Source: Octopus vulgaris (lineage: Eukaryota). From it: a stretch of 64,000 nucleotides of DNA. Shown here one piece after another: positions 1-13,921 of this stretch (position 1 is the first letter of the stretch; every line of letters begins with the position of its first letter). Position numbers and translations under genes: made by a program. The DNA lies in contig OX597818.1 of NCBI GenBank assembly GCA_951406725.2, positions 56,358,001 to 56,422,000 on the forward strand. Direction: 5' to 3'. The notes beneath the pieces were generated by a model. That model was not told the origin of the DNA and did no database searches. It saw only the letters and a program-made list of their open reading frames with translations.

Positions 1-189
1 TGTATACACACACATGCATTATATAATGTGATGTCCAGGTTTACATAAACATCAATCTACACATAGGAACACGGGTCTTATATTAATATATATACAGACA
101 TTAAGTTTAATGTCAACAGAAATACGATTCCATATTTCATCACGAATAATCACACGCGAATATATAATTTATCAAATATACACGGATTT

Positions 190-221
190 ACATCTCTCTC
201 TCTCTACCTTCACTGTCTCTT

Positions 222-298
<77 letters not shown>

Positions 299-879
299 GT
301 GTGTGTGTGTGTGTATGTATGTATATATTACATAGAAACAGTACAAAAAACACACCCACAACTGTATGTATGTGTATATACACTCATACATACATACATA
401 CATACATGCATACATACATTCATGTACATACATACATGTACATACATACATATATACATGTACATACATACATATATACATACATACATGTACATACATA
501 CATACATACATGTACATACATACATACATACATGTACATACATGCATACATACATACATACATACATGCATACATACATTCATGTACATACATACATGTA
601 CATATATACATACATACATGTACATACATACATACATACACACATACATACATACATGTACATATATACATACATACAGTCATACATACATACATACATA
701 CATACATACATACATACACACACACACATACATACATACACACACACATACATACATACATACATACATACATACATACATACACATACATACATACAAA
801 CATACATACATACATACATACATACACACACACATACATACATACATACATACATACATACATACATACATACACACAC

Positions 880-910
<31 letters not shown>

Positions 911-958
911 TACATACATACATACACACACACATACATACATACATACATACATACA

Positions 959-994
<36 letters not shown>

Positions 995-1167
995 TATATG
1001 GGCGTTAAAGGAAAAGTGGGAGAAAGAAAAGATTAGACAAAGGCAACTCACGCAAGTGTACATACACACACACATATACGTGTGTATACATTCAAATATA
1101 CACATATACATATCTACACACACAACACGTTCGCACACATATACATACATATACGTATACATACACG

Positions 1168-1217
<50 letters not shown>

Positions 1218-1628
1218 ATATACATACATGTACAAATATGTACCTGCATATCTCTATACACTAACTCGCTCATAATTTACATGTGGAACACTCACACACA
1301 CACACACACATTCAAACACACTCACACTCACATTCAAACACACTCACACACACACATTCAAACACACACACACACACACATTCAAACACGTACGCATACG
1401 CTCACACACACACACACACACATTCAAACACACACACACACACGTTCAAACACACACACACATTCAAACACACTCACACACACACACATTGAAACACACT
1501 CACACACACATTCAAATACGTACGCACACGCTCACACACACACACATTCAAACACACACACACACACGTTCAAACACACAAACACACACATTCAAACATA
1601 CACACACACACACATTCAAACACACATT

Positions 1629-1671
<43 letters not shown>

Positions 1672-1735
1672 TCAAACACACTCACACACACACACGCACG
1701 CACACGCTCAAACACACACGCACGCTTAAGTGATT
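190..1735. repeat. Compound microsatellite block: (CT)n, (TA)n, (TACA)n, then (CA)n punctuated by TTCAAA
   Basis: Directly visible; explains the HTYI/MYVC ORFs. Confidence 0.97.
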
Positions 1736-1905
1736 GAGTGTCGTCTGCTTTTTCCTTTAAAACCCGTGACGCCTTCTATTTTTCCACCATTGTCAAAATT
1801 ACTTCATTTTTATTCTCTAACTCTGGTCGTTTAACACCTTCCTACTTAGAAACTGTCATGTCATATACTTTAAATGATTCAATCAGAAAAACAAAAGTTA
1901 TTTCA

Positions 1906-1946
<41 letters not shown>

Positions 1947-2344
1947 GTTTTAGCTCGTATATGTTAGTGTGAAATTCCATCAGTTAAAATCAAAAACGTA
2001 GCATGATTCGTTTTTAAGTTTTTAAGTTCTTATTCGATTTTTCCCATTTGCATATAAGCTACAAAATTTAAGCGAAAATATAATTCTTCAAAAGTTTGTG
2101 ACAAAAATTTGCAGATCCATTTTAATTTTGAAAAAAATGTCTGCTACTCCAACTATTGCAAAACCTCCCACTACAACTCGCTGTTATCATAATTCTTTCA
2201 CTTTCTTTACCCTGCATTTAACATCTCCAACTGCCACTCACTCTTTGACCATAGTATTTCTAGGGTTCCCTTGCTCAAATACAGTCTTCCTTATACTCTG
2301 TGAAGGGACTTCGCCCAGATTCCTCTTTTGGCTTGTATAATCAA

Positions 2345-2654
2345 TGGTGGCATGTAAAAAGCACCACCCAAACATGACATGCCAGCGCCACCTGACTGGC
2401 GTCCGTGTCAGTGACACGTAAAAAGCACCAACCGAATGTAGCCGCTGCCAGGCTCCTCTGGCTCCTGTGCCGGTGGCACATAAAAAGCACCCACTACACT
2501 CACAGAGTGGTTGGTGTTTGGAAGGGCATCCAGCTGTAGAAACACTGCCAGATCAGACTGGAGCCTGGCGCAACCTCCTGGCTTCCCAGACCCCGGTCGA
2601 ACCATTCAACCCATGCTAGCATGGAAAATGGATGTTAAACAATGATGATGATGA
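2345..2654 (+). mobile_element. SINE-like repeat with tandem GGTGGCACGTAAAAAGCACC subrepeats and (TGA)n tail
   Basis: Homologous copies at ~10520-10710 (+) and ~15540-15870 (-); shared GGAAGGGCATCCAGCTGTAGAAAC core. Confidence 0.75.
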
Positions 2655-3070
2655 GTGCCGGTGTAGTATGTGATCCACATGCTGTTGTAATCAACAGCAA
2701 CTTAAATCTAGATTAATTTGTGATCTATATTCAAAATTTTGTTATAAATTTGCAAATATAATTAGTGTAATGAATTAAACTAGGAGTTCATAGCGTCGGA
2801 GAAATTCTATTGCAGCTTCTTCATCTCCAATAACCTGTGAGTAAAATTCTTTTGCTCTCATCACCATTTATTTCAATGGGCCCAGGACTAAGAGTATTTA
2901 AATGTTTTGTTTTGGTTTATATACCAAACTAACCGGATGTCGAGTAAATAAATGGATTTTAAATGTAGATCAAAAAAGTCAGTGTTGATCACAAACCATA
3001 CCATTTGAACTAATGTAGATTACAAGATACACCAGAAACATGTATGTAGATCACATACTACCCTGGCACC
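2655..3070. mobile_element. MITE with ~25 bp TIRs
   Basis: GTGCCGGTGTAGTATGTGATCCACAT ... ATGTAGATCACATACTACCCTGGCAC; inverted second copy at 19203-19661. Confidence 0.8.
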
Positions 3071-4332
3071 GATTACACAGCTAATCCAGCAAGCATAATA
3101 ACCTTAATTATCTAAGACCATGCCTACAACGAGAAATAAATATTTTCGAACAAAGCCATCAATGACAAGTCTCATAAAGGAATTATTTTGAAATGTGTTG
3201 ATCTATCAGATTCCCATTCAATAAAAATAGTTAATGCAGTGAGGGGACTCATCTTTGGCAAACACAGAAACAGTGCCTGACGTGTTTTCATCTTATTACA
3301 CCTTATCAGCTAAGCATGATCATCATAATCAATAGTTTACCCTGTGTATGTGTGTGTGTTTGGTTGTTTATGTTATTTATAATATTCAGTGTGGTTAGGG
3401 CATTGCACTTATGATCGCAATATTGTGGTTTCAATTCCAGAACTCAGCAGTGTGTTATGTTCTTGAGCAAAACACATCATTTTACATTGCTCTGCGATCA
3501 CTTTCACTTTTACATCTGATGTGAAAGTTGGTACATCGTGCACCTGTACAGGTAATGTTGGTTTGATGGAGGAAGTGAGCTAATGTACAGTCCAAACATT
3601 TGGCCACTATAAACAAGTCATCCATGCATGTTACCCAACAAGAATTTGTAGAATCTGTGTCTGTCGCTTAAACAGGAAAGTTTACCAATATTCATTAAAA
3701 TTCAAAATCCTGCCATGACAAACCCTTCATTTGATCTTGAGATTCATTTAAGTGGCCATTGTCTTCCCGCAATATGATTAGTCATGTGAAATGTTTTAAT
3801 ATGTTTGGAAATGAGTCGTAATTAATAAACTATTAATTATTATTACTAACATAAACACATTCACAGACGCATCCTGATGTGAATAATAATGATGACGATG
3901 ATGATGATGATGACAATTGTTTTTATTTGCCACGAAGGCATCACATGAGGAAACATTACAACAACAACAGTAATGATGATGAGGATGAGGATGATGATGA
4001 TGATGATGATCATCATCATCATCATCATGACCATCATCTCCTATAATTGCAACCAGGACGACGGAAGAAGGTAGTGTTAATCTAAGTGGGGTGGGGAAAC
4101 AGGCATAAAAAAAAAGAATGAAATATACATTTAAAAATAATAATAATAATAATAATAATGATAATAATTTATTTCTTTATTGCCCACTGGGGGCTAAACA
4201 TAGAGGGGACAAACAAGGGCAGACAAGGGATTAAGTCAATTACATCGACCCCCAGTGATTAACTGGTACTTAATTTATCAACCCTGAAAGGATGAAAGGC
4301 AAAGTTGACCTCGGCGGAATTTGAAAACGGCA

Positions 4333-4382
<50 letters not shown>

Positions 4383-4714
4383 TCTTTATTGGCCACCAGG
4401 GCCAAACACAAAACATAGAGGACGATACATAGATGAGGGATAATGAGGTCAAACGTGTAAACAGCAAAGAAACAATGATTAACAAAGAGATTAAATCAGC
4501 AACATGCTCCCCCCAAAAGGGGGGAGTTCCACCGTAAGATGACCAAAGAGACCTCACACTCTTTGGACCCCTTAACACCAAAGGCTCTACAGGAAGGCAC
4601 CCTTTCCTCTCTCTTCTATTCGGCCTACAGGCGCACACTTAGAGTAGGCCCATTCACACGGGCCATTCTTGCCAATTCCCCCACCTTTCAATGAACTTAC
4701 TGGGTGACGGTACC

Positions 4715-5240
4715 TCCTTCTCTGTTGTTACCATGTACATTGTTTTGTCTTGGTATAAAAGAAGGGCTACAACAAATATTCTGCTCAATACCATAGATTT
4801 ACTTGTCAGTTGTTTGACCATAACCAGTTGAGTGTGTCCTTTGGTAGCTGATATATGCATCTCTGATCACAAGCAGAAGTGGTTGGGGAGCATCATAGCC
4901 ATGTGTTGAGAGGGATTCTTTGGAGTTTGAATAATTCACCTCTGGAAACATGGGTGGTTCTTTCAACATCCTTAAACAACCCCTATTCAAGAACTGCTTG
5001 AGCAGGATGGGCTACTAACCTGAAGAAAATTCTAACTGGGCCCCACCTGCAAGGTCATGCACTGTTTATCTTGATATGAGATCACCATGTCATGCACATA
5101 TGGTTGTGATGCACATGCCTGGTGTACCCTTATCAGATGGGTAGTCATGATGGGTGTACTGGGCTTCGTATATTTTACCCCAGCGTCACTTTGATGGCAT
5201 GCACTGCTCTCTCACTCAATAATAATAATAACAACAACAA
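4715..5240 (+). mobile_element. Non-LTR (Dong/R4-like) 3' fragment ending in (TAA)n
   Basis: Highly similar inverted copy at 41938-42495 flanked by (TAT)n on both sides; TAA-repeat targeting is known for Dong/R4; family assignment is inference. Confidence 0.55.
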
Positions 5241-5591
5241 CAGCCCACATCCTATGTACAACCCAATGATACAATCCACAAGTACAGGACACACTCTGTA
5301 CAGTAAATATCCAATAAAAGAAACAAACCCCACGACATGTATTTTCCAGGTCTGATACCCAACAGAAAAACACAACTCACATTACTTGCACAACATACAA
5401 TGCAAACACTAATGCAGCAAAAGACTCAAGTTAACCCCCATAACAAAATAAACTGATGCAATACAATATAGGGAAGAGTCTGTACTCTACCAACAACAAC
5501 AACAAAAATGAACATACAATGTTGCACACATCCCAGCAACACGGAGCTGTAGCACTGATGCAGTAGAAATTTGCCTGAAACTATCAAACAA

Positions 5592-5622
<31 letters not shown>

Positions 5623-6235
5623 CGACAACAACAACAATAATTGAATTAATCATTTGTTTTAATTATAGCCACAAGGGTGATATTGAGACGATAAAAACCT
5701 TTCAAGTGGTAAACAAACACACATTCTGTTGACAATTATCCAGGCGAATATTTTCCTGTTTCTCTCTATTTGAATTAATCTGCATTCTATTTATCTGTTG
5801 ATTACCAAGATTTTCCCCTCATTGTAGCCAAGTCATTAGGATTCGTTTACAACTTTTACACATACAGTCTGATTAATTATTCCTATTGACGCCTTCATTT
5901 CTGACATTGACCCAAATCATCTCTAAGGAACTGACATTAATTGCTAAGATTCATTCAATAATAAATTAATAGCCGAAAATATACTTCATATAAACGATGT
6001 TGAATTGTAACATTAACGAGGAGTCGCATACATATGAGAATAAAATGGTGGGATGTTTTGCAAACGACTTGCAATTGCAAGTGCTACCAGTCGAAAGCTC
6101 CGCATACCGGAAGCCAGCAAATGTATGGGGTCATCAGGAGAGTATGCATGCCGTTTCGGGGCCTACCTCAAATTAGTTAAAATTGACTCTGCACTTTTAT
6201 ATCAAGGAGGTGAGAGTAGCCATGTTCTATAATCA

Positions 6236-6619
6236 TTTACTTGTTTCAGTCATTAGACTGTGGCCATGCTGGGGCACCGCTTCAAAGAATTTTTAGATGA
6301 ATGAATTAACCCCAGTAATTATTTTTATTTAAAAAAATTTTTTGCTTGGTACTTATTCTATCAGTCCCTTTTGCTGAACCGCTAAGTTAAAGGAAATGTA
6401 AACAAACCAACACTGGTTGTCAAACAGTGGTGAGGCATACACACGCACACACACACACACATATCTATGACGGTCTTCTTTCAGTTTCCGTTTACAAGGC
6501 TTCGATCGGCCCGAGGCTATAGTAGAAGTCACCTGCCCAAGATATCACACAGAGAAACTGAACCCGGAACCATGTAGTTGGAAAGCAAACATATTACCAC
6601 CCAGCCATACCTGCGCCTG
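6236..6619 (-). mobile_element. tRNA-derived SINE family A (diverged copy)
   Basis: Reverse-complement match to 7055-7546. Confidence 0.8.
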
Positions 6620-7054
6620 TATATGTAACTCTTGGTAAATTAGGGCTTGCTTACATATGTATGTGAAGAATGGAACCTGCAAACGCTGAGGAAGAAACCT
6701 TCACAATTCAACTTAGAGGAAACAGTAACAGCTTGTGGAGTTCATAGAGCAAGACAAGGCAAGCAGGACATCTTGGTCATCCACTGAATCTGTCTCCATG
6801 ACCTGTCATCTTGACCGGGTCTTGCCACTCGATTGAAGTTGGTCACAGACGAGAGAGTGAGGTTGATGGTGTGCAAATCTTCATCGCGTAAGTAATTAGT
6901 CATCATTTACTCAGGATGACTGGATGGTCCTCATCGTTCCAACGGACGAACATACGTCTATGTACTGGTTTGGGAAAGATTTTTGCAAGGAAATCTAAGA
7001 ATTGCTCAGGTATCCAAGTTTCCTTCCTCCACATCATAATTGATGTTTATCATA

Positions 7055-7546
7055 GGCGTAGTAGTGGCTGTATGGTAAGTAGCTTGCTTACGAACCACAA
7101 GGTTCCGGGTTCAGTCACACTGCGTGGCACCTTAGGCAAGTGTCTTTTACTATAGCCTTGGGCCGACCAAAGCCTTGTGAGTGGATTTGGTAGACAGAAA
7201 CTGAAAGAAGCCCGTCATATATATGTATATATAAACGGAGATGTACTTGCATAGCGAGTGATTTGATCTGAGATCGTGTGCAGGAACATATATATATATG
7301 TATGTATGTATTTATGTATGTATGTGTGTGTGTATATGTTTGTGTGTCTGTGTTTGTCTCCCCAACATCGCTTGACAACCAATGCTGGTGTGTTTACGTC
7401 CCTGTAACTTAGCGGTTCGGCAAAAGAGACCAATAGAATAAGTGCTAGGCTTACAAAGAATAAGTCCTGGGGTCGATTTGCTCGACTAAAGGCGGTGCTC
7501 CAGCATGGCCACAGTCAAATTCCTGAAACAAGTAAAAGAGTAAAGA
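7055..7546 (+). mobile_element. tRNA-derived SINE family A with internal microsatellite
   Basis: A-box-like TGGCTGTATGG and B-box-like GGTTCAGTCAC head, internal TA/TG tract, GTAAAAGA tail; more than 12 copies in the window. Confidence 0.9.
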
Positions 7547-7705
7547 CAAATGCCGCTGACTCAGGCTGACAAAGCTTAGTATCAGCCAACATGTATTTCA
7601 AATGAACAATTCTGAATTCTAATATGAGTACGAAACCACACATTTAAAGATAATGCCGTGGTCTTTACCAATACATACAATAAGGGAATAGTGAATTAAA
7701 TATAT

Positions 7706-8080
7706 GTGGCTGTGTGGTAAGTAGCTTGCTTACCAACCACATGGTTCTGGGTTCAGTCCCACTGCGTGGCATCTTGGGCAAGTGTCTTCTGCTATAGCCT
7801 CGTGCCAACCAAAGCCTTGTGAGTGGATTTGGTAGATGGAAACTGAAAGAAGCCCATCGTATATATGTATATATATATATGTGTGTGTCTGTGTTTGTCC
7901 CCCTAGCATTGCTTGACAACCGATGCTGGTGTGTTTATCTCCCCGTCACTTAGCGGTTCGGCAAAAGAGACCGATAGAATAAGTACTGGGATTACAAAGA
8001 ATAAGTCATGGGGTCGATTTGCTCGACTAAAGGTGGTGCTCCAGCCTGGCTGCAGTCAAATGACTGAAACAAGTAAAAGA
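7706..8080 (+). mobile_element. SINE family A
   Basis: Colinear with 7055-7546. Confidence 0.9.
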
Positions 8081-8251
8081 GCAGGTTCATTTACAAACAA
8101 ACTCTCATACAAGAAACATGAAAATATGAAATTGCAACATTTTCTCCAATTTCAATGTCATGTAAAGCAAAATGTGAAACCGGTTGACTATCATGATAGT
8201 CTATCCTTTAAAATATATTAAATATATATAAATTGTATGCATTTTCCTTCC

Positions 8252-8606
8252 TTTATTACCTCTGCCTTTGCTAAGGTAGAGGTATTGTTTTCAGTTGTGT
8301 TTGTTTGTCCATGGACAAGATATCTCAAGAACCGCTGGCTGGATTCGGATGAAACTTTCAGGGATGTTTGCCCTCATGACTGGCATGACCTGATTAGGGA
8401 TCGATCTGGTATTAGACAATGATTCCGGATTATTTTTCCTTTTATTTTACTTAATTTTTGAGAGCGGTTGGGTTCATTTTTAGTATTCTAGTTTGTGAGA
8501 GCATTCGAGTTTATTTCAGATATTCTCATTTTAAAAATCATCTCCAGCTAATCATTGCAAGGACGTTGGTGTTGCCTTGGCAGAGTTTTGCACTCTCTGA
8601 ATGCTC
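8252..8606 (+). mobile_element. Non-autonomous Helentron (HINE/DINE-1-like)
   Basis: Starts TTATTACCTCTGCC with nearby inverted GGTAGAGGTA, GTTT repeat, 3' GGCAGAG..CACTCTCTGAATGCT end. Confidence 0.5.
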
Positions 8607-8849
8607 ATGTTATATATTGTTTTCACTACAACTCACCGGCTGGGGAAAATTTCTTCAACAAAAATTTGTTTTTATATTCTTCTTTAAGGACTTCTGGTAT
8701 ACTTGACTGAGGAAAGAAGGCCATGAATGACCTGTCTTTTTTTGCCTGTCCTTCTAACTGTTGTTTCACCTGTCCACCTTTGTATCGTCTATCTGTCCAA
8801 ATGTTTTATTTTGCGTTTTTGTTCCATTTTATATATATATAGGTAGGTA

Positions 8850-8907
<58 letters not shown>

Positions 8908-8945
8908 GGTAGGTAGGTAGGTAGGTACACACATACACACAAACA

Positions 8946-8976
<31 letters not shown>

Positions 8977-9291
8977 TTGACTTTGAAGTTTCGGCCAGTA
9001 AGCCACTGTCAGGATGGCAGTCTGGACATGTTCTACTCTATCCACCATCAGGTCTATTTCTGATTGCCTGTAATTCTGTGGAAGGCAACCAAGGTGGATG
9101 TGGCCAAACTGTGGCAGTTTATGGTTGAAGTTACTCTCAATAATATCCTTCTTTAAGAATAATAAATTTGTATTCCACAAGAGCATAGAGTAACCCATCA
9201 GATTAACGCGAAATTGTTTTTACCACAAGTGAACATAAAAGCAAAGATAAATATATGTATACGCATGCACACACACACAAACACACACACA

Positions 9292-9344
<53 letters not shown>

Positions 9345-9410
9345 TTGCCATGTTGGACCGCTGAATTCTACAGGGTTTTTTTCATTCTCTCTGTTCATTT
9401 TCTCTTATTC

Positions 9411-9446
9411 CTTTCTGTTGAAGAGCATAGGCTCGAAACATAAAAT
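9411..9446 (+). ncRNA. Minimal hammerhead-like motif (CUGUUGA variant)
   Basis: CTTT CTGTTGA A GAGC atag GCTC GAAA CATA AAAT; same family as 32467 and 60535. Confidence 0.65.
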
Positions 9447-9527
9447 ACTTTTTCTTTTTTCCCGAGCATCAAACTAATACACTTGATTGTTGTGTCTTCG
9501 TCTTTTGTTTTTCTATAAATTTCAACA

Positions 9528-9559
<32 letters not shown>

Positions 9560-9820
9560 TTATATTTATATTTCATACATGCAACACACGTGTGTGTACG
9601 CAGTTTTGGTAAAGTGCCAGAATCCGAAATTAAAATTCAGTATCTTTCTAAATATATTCTGATATTAAGCTTAAAACAAATTATCTCTGACATATTTTCT
9701 GATTAACAAAATTAATTACTTTTTTATTACGTATGAACGATAGAATATTTCATCATATATGTGTCTCGTTTTTGACATTACTGACACTACAAAATGGTGG
9801 TGGTGGTATTGAAAGTGTTG

Positions 9821-9852
<32 letters not shown>

Positions 9853-10377
9853 GGTGGTGGTAGTGGGTCTCTTGAATTAACGTAAAAGTCGTGGACCATT
9901 TTACGTACATCTGCTCCCTTGATGTAATTCTCAGAAAGAATCAACAGCATACAGTGTGCAACAATGGATAGGACCGCATTTTTGTTTTTAACCACAAATG
10001 CAATCCTTCTCATGGGCTTCAATACAATATCCAATTAATCAATTTCACTCACAATGCATAGGCCGATATGAGGCCGTTAAAAATAACATTTACTGAAGAT
10101 ACCACAATGAGAGAATGAACCCGAGATATCTCAATTTCAAAGCGAATTACTAAACCGTTCGGCCATTATCTTTTATCTTTTACTTGTTTCAGTCATTAGA
10201 CTGCAACCACACCTTGGAGAATTTTAGTTGAACGAATCGACCATAGTACTTTTTTTATGTCTGGTACTTATTCTATCAGTTTCTTTTGTCGAACCACTAA
10301 GTTATGAAGACATAAACACACCAACAGTGATTGTCAAGCAATGGTGCAGGGACAAACACAGACACAAAGACACATTC

Positions 10378-10409
<32 letters not shown>

Positions 10410-10426
10410 TAGGGAAGGCTGATTTA

Positions 10427-10489
10427 TGGGATTATCTTAGGTTTCCCGTCCATATAGGGTTTAGCTTTATGGTGTATCATCAGATCCCA
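10427..10489 (-). ncRNA. Type I hammerhead ribozyme motif
   Basis: Minus strand: TGGGAT CTGATGA ...CCATA..TATGG.. GAAA CCTAAGA TA ATCCCA; perfect 6-bp stem I; abuts a (TA)n tract. Confidence 0.75.
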
Positions 10490-11555
10490 AAACCTGTTAC
10501 CCACACTGGCTCCCAAGCAGGTAGCATGTGAAAAATACCTTTTAAGCATGGTCGTTGCCAGACCCGCCTGACTGGCCCTTGTGTTGGTGGCATGTAAAAA
10601 CATAAACTACACTCTCGGAGTGGTTGGCATTAGGAAGGGTATCCAGTTGTAGAAACTTTGCCAGATCAGATTGGATCCTGGTGCAGCCATCTGGCTCACC
10701 AGTCCTCAGTGTGGCAGTGAATCTACATTGTTCAGCATTGAGGGTTTTGTTGTTCGACCAATTGAATTATCTGCTTTTGAATTAATGTAAAAGTTGCTGA
10801 GCATTTTACCTATGTCTGTTTCCTTTATGGAGTTCTCAGGCAGAATCAAAAGCATGCAGTGTGGGACAAGAACATATCTTTTTTAACTACAAATGCAATC
10901 TATTTGATGAGCTTCTTTACAGTTTCCACTTACTCAATTTCATTCATAAGGCCAATGAAAATAACAAAATGAAATAACCAAAGATACCACGCATTCTCTC
11001 AGAGCCAATAAAATATAAACCAGTAAATATGTAAAAGATCTAGCAACACTGGGGTTGATGCCATTGACTCATACCAACCCACAAAATTGTGCAAAAATTT
11101 GAAACTAATGTTTCGGATTATATACACTCTATGTGTGCATGTGTGTATGTATCAATATACATTTATATATGTTAAGGCGGTGAACCAGCATGACTGCAGT
11201 CAAATTATTAAAACAAGTAAAAGAATAAAAGAATATATATATATCACGTGATCGACCAGACCATCAGATGTAGCTACACATCGCTGGTCACAATGCTTTC
11301 GCATTGTTTTAGCCTTCGAATGACGCCACCCCGCTGTCTAAGCGAGCAGGCCAACAGAAGAAAGAGTGGGGGAAAGAGTGGTGAAAGAGTACAGCAGGGA
11401 TCACCACCCCCTGCCGGAGCCTCGTGGAGCTTTTAGGTGTTTTCGCTCAATAAACACTCACAATGTCCGGTCTGGGAATCGAAACCGCGATCCTGCGACC
11501 GCAAGTCTGCTGTCCTAACCACTGGGCCATTGCGCCTCCACATATATATATATAT

Positions 11556-11593
<38 letters not shown>

Positions 11594-11605
11594 TGTGTGT
11601 TTTTA

Positions 11606-11895
11606 TACAGAGTATCTCAAAAAAGTGTTTACAAACATTGAATCATTATAAAGTTAATATTTATTAAAATACATTTCATTTTTCACAATTTGATAATAAT
11701 TCACAGACAGAATTGAATTATTTTATGAACACCTGTTTCCAAACTGATGGCTGTCCTGATGCAGACGATATTGATGACGCAAAGCAATGGAATCGTAAAC
11801 AACAATAAAACACAATTTCATTTGGTATTTGTGTGCATTCTCGTTTAGTGGCTGCTTTCAATTCATCAACTGTTACTGGATGTCTTGCAAACAAC
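11606..11895 (-). pseudogene. Tc1/mariner transposase 3' relic with TIR end
   Basis: ARHPVTVDELKAATKRECTQIPNE resembles a transposase C-terminus; TA|CAGAGT end at ~11606. Confidence 0.6.
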
Positions 11896-12339
11896 TTGCG
11901 CATGCAAGTGCTACCAGTCAAAAACCCCTCACAATAGAAGCCAACAAGTGTATGGGGTCATCAGGTGAGAATGCATGCCATTTCGAGGCCTACCTGTTGA
12001 CTGCATCAATGTATGCCGTTCAAGAATTTGGACCTGGAGATCTCCATTTCCAGCGACTTCGAGGGCCACCTCCTAGTGGTGTCGGGCATCAACGAAGAGC
12101 CCTCGACTACAACAAAACGACCAAAGTTTTTTTTTCCAAGGTCTGGGGTCTCCAGCCCCTAAGCCCTAGACCATCACCTCATCACCCTTACCTGTCTTGT
12201 TGTTTGACAACAGCATCAATGCATACCACCCCACTCGCTGACATGAGGCCCCGCTTGCTAAATCAGCTGGTTATCAAATAAAGCTCAATATTCTTCTAGC
12301 CATTGCTCATTGTCTCTTTTTAACCAAATCTAGTGGCTA

Positions 12340-12685
12340 GCCTTTTCCACTGTAGTTTGGATATCAGTCATAGTGGTATTTACTTTTGTATTGTAAAATT
12401 TATCTTTTAAGTATCCCCATAAAAATTTAAAGGTGTAAGGCCTGTTGAACATGGAGGGCATTCTGCTGAATCATTTTGTCTAATTCTCCTGCTTGGCAAA
12501 ATCCTAACAAAGTAGGGCTTGCCCTTACTATGGTGGCATGGGGCTGCCACATCTTGCTGAAAATAATTCCACATCTGCAAATTCCTCTTGAATATCTGGC
12601 ATGAAAGATTGTCCCAGTACTGTCAAAAATAGTGGTCCGTTTAATCCTTTTGATGATAGGTCACACCATAATATACTGCCAGGGA
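12340..12685 (-). pseudogene. Tc1/mariner DDD/DDE domain relic
   Basis: Minus-strand translation gives FQQDVAAPCH, CPPCSTGLTP and FLWGYLKDKFY (cf. FQQDGAPPH / WPPRSPDLTP / FLWGYLK), with frameshifts. Confidence 0.75.
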
Positions 12686-13611
12686 CACAGTATCCCTACA
12701 ATTGCACCTATTTGATGAGCTTCCCTACAGTTTCCACTTACTCAATTTCATTCATAAGGCCAATGAAAATAACATTTGCCAAAGATACCACAGCAATTTT
12801 AGCAAAACATATTAAGCAACACTAATAACAAATCAAAAAACATAAAAATATTGAAGATGCCAGGGAACAGAAGAAGAAGAAAGAAGACATGTACCCAACA
12901 CCAGAGCTGAAGACACCTCCGAATGGGGGGGGGGGGCCCTGCCACGTCAAAACGGTCGAGGAGTAGGGGCCAAAACCGGACGTAGTTCCTCCTGATGACG
13001 TCTTGAACTAACTGGATCCTATAAAAGAGCTGTTGTGGTAGCAGACCACGAAACACAGTTGAAATTCCTCAAGCATTTGATGGTTTTATAGATATTTCAA
13101 AATTATGATGCTATGATGTTAGGTGTTTCCATTATTTTGTCCAACTCCTGTGTATAGAATTGAGTTTAATGTTAAATATGCACAATTAGTTCATACATTT
13201 AAACCTTAATGCACAAACCATGCCTAACACTATTAAACTACACGCTCCGGAATGTATTTAATATGGAGTGATGATAATGATAGAACTTTTAGTTAATTGT
13301 CACTAAGTGTGACGCTTATAATTGAACACATATTTAGCGGCATGCCATTCTATGTGAGAGTGTAAATTAGTAATGATAAATATATGTGGACTTATATGTG
13401 TGAGTGTGTTTCAGTGAGTGTATGATTTATAATTTCTACGTATAGATTTATACAAATATATGTAACCATGTAACCATCATGTTGTAAATAAAATAGTGTT
13501 TTTAGCTATTTATTTTGCATCACCTGTATACATACGTTTCTGAGGTTGAGGCATCTTCACCTTAGGGTTTTGTGTGTCTGTGTATGTGTGTGTATACATA
13601 CATACATACAT

Positions 13612-13919
13612 GGGAGACCCCTTCGGTCATGAATGACTATGGGATTGCACCTAGAAAGTTACCCTCCAAGGTACAAGTCTGGGCTATGCATACCAACCTC
13701 CCCTCTCCACACCACTGATGTTATCCAAGGGAAAGGCAAAGGGGCCGATACAGCTTGGCACCACTGATGTCACAACTCATTTCTACAGCTGAGTTAACTG
13801 GGGCAATGTGAAATAAAGTGTCTTCCTCAAGAACACAACACGCAGCCCGGTCTGGGAATCGAACTCACAACCTCCTGATCGTAAGCTTGACGCTCTAACC
13901 ACTGAGTCATGTGCCTTCA
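13612..13919 (-). mobile_element. tRNA-derived SINE (family C)
   Basis: Head TGACTCAGTGG ... GAGTTCGATTCC; tail runs into (TATG)n. Confidence 0.75.
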
Positions 13920-13921
13920 CT

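Noticed and set aside
110-1737. Long HTYI/MYVC ORFs (also at 17-18, 23-25, 28, 51 and 59 kb)
   Set aside because: Stop-free translations of simple repeats
6078-6170. GAAA...CTGATGA on the minus strand (also at 11905-11995) as a type II hammerhead
   Set aside because: Stem II cannot pair (CCCC versus CCCC) and there is no room for stem I
9753-10034. 93-aa ORF with Pro/Thr runs
   Set aside because: Made of a decayed repeat plus trinucleotide tracts; no recognisable homology
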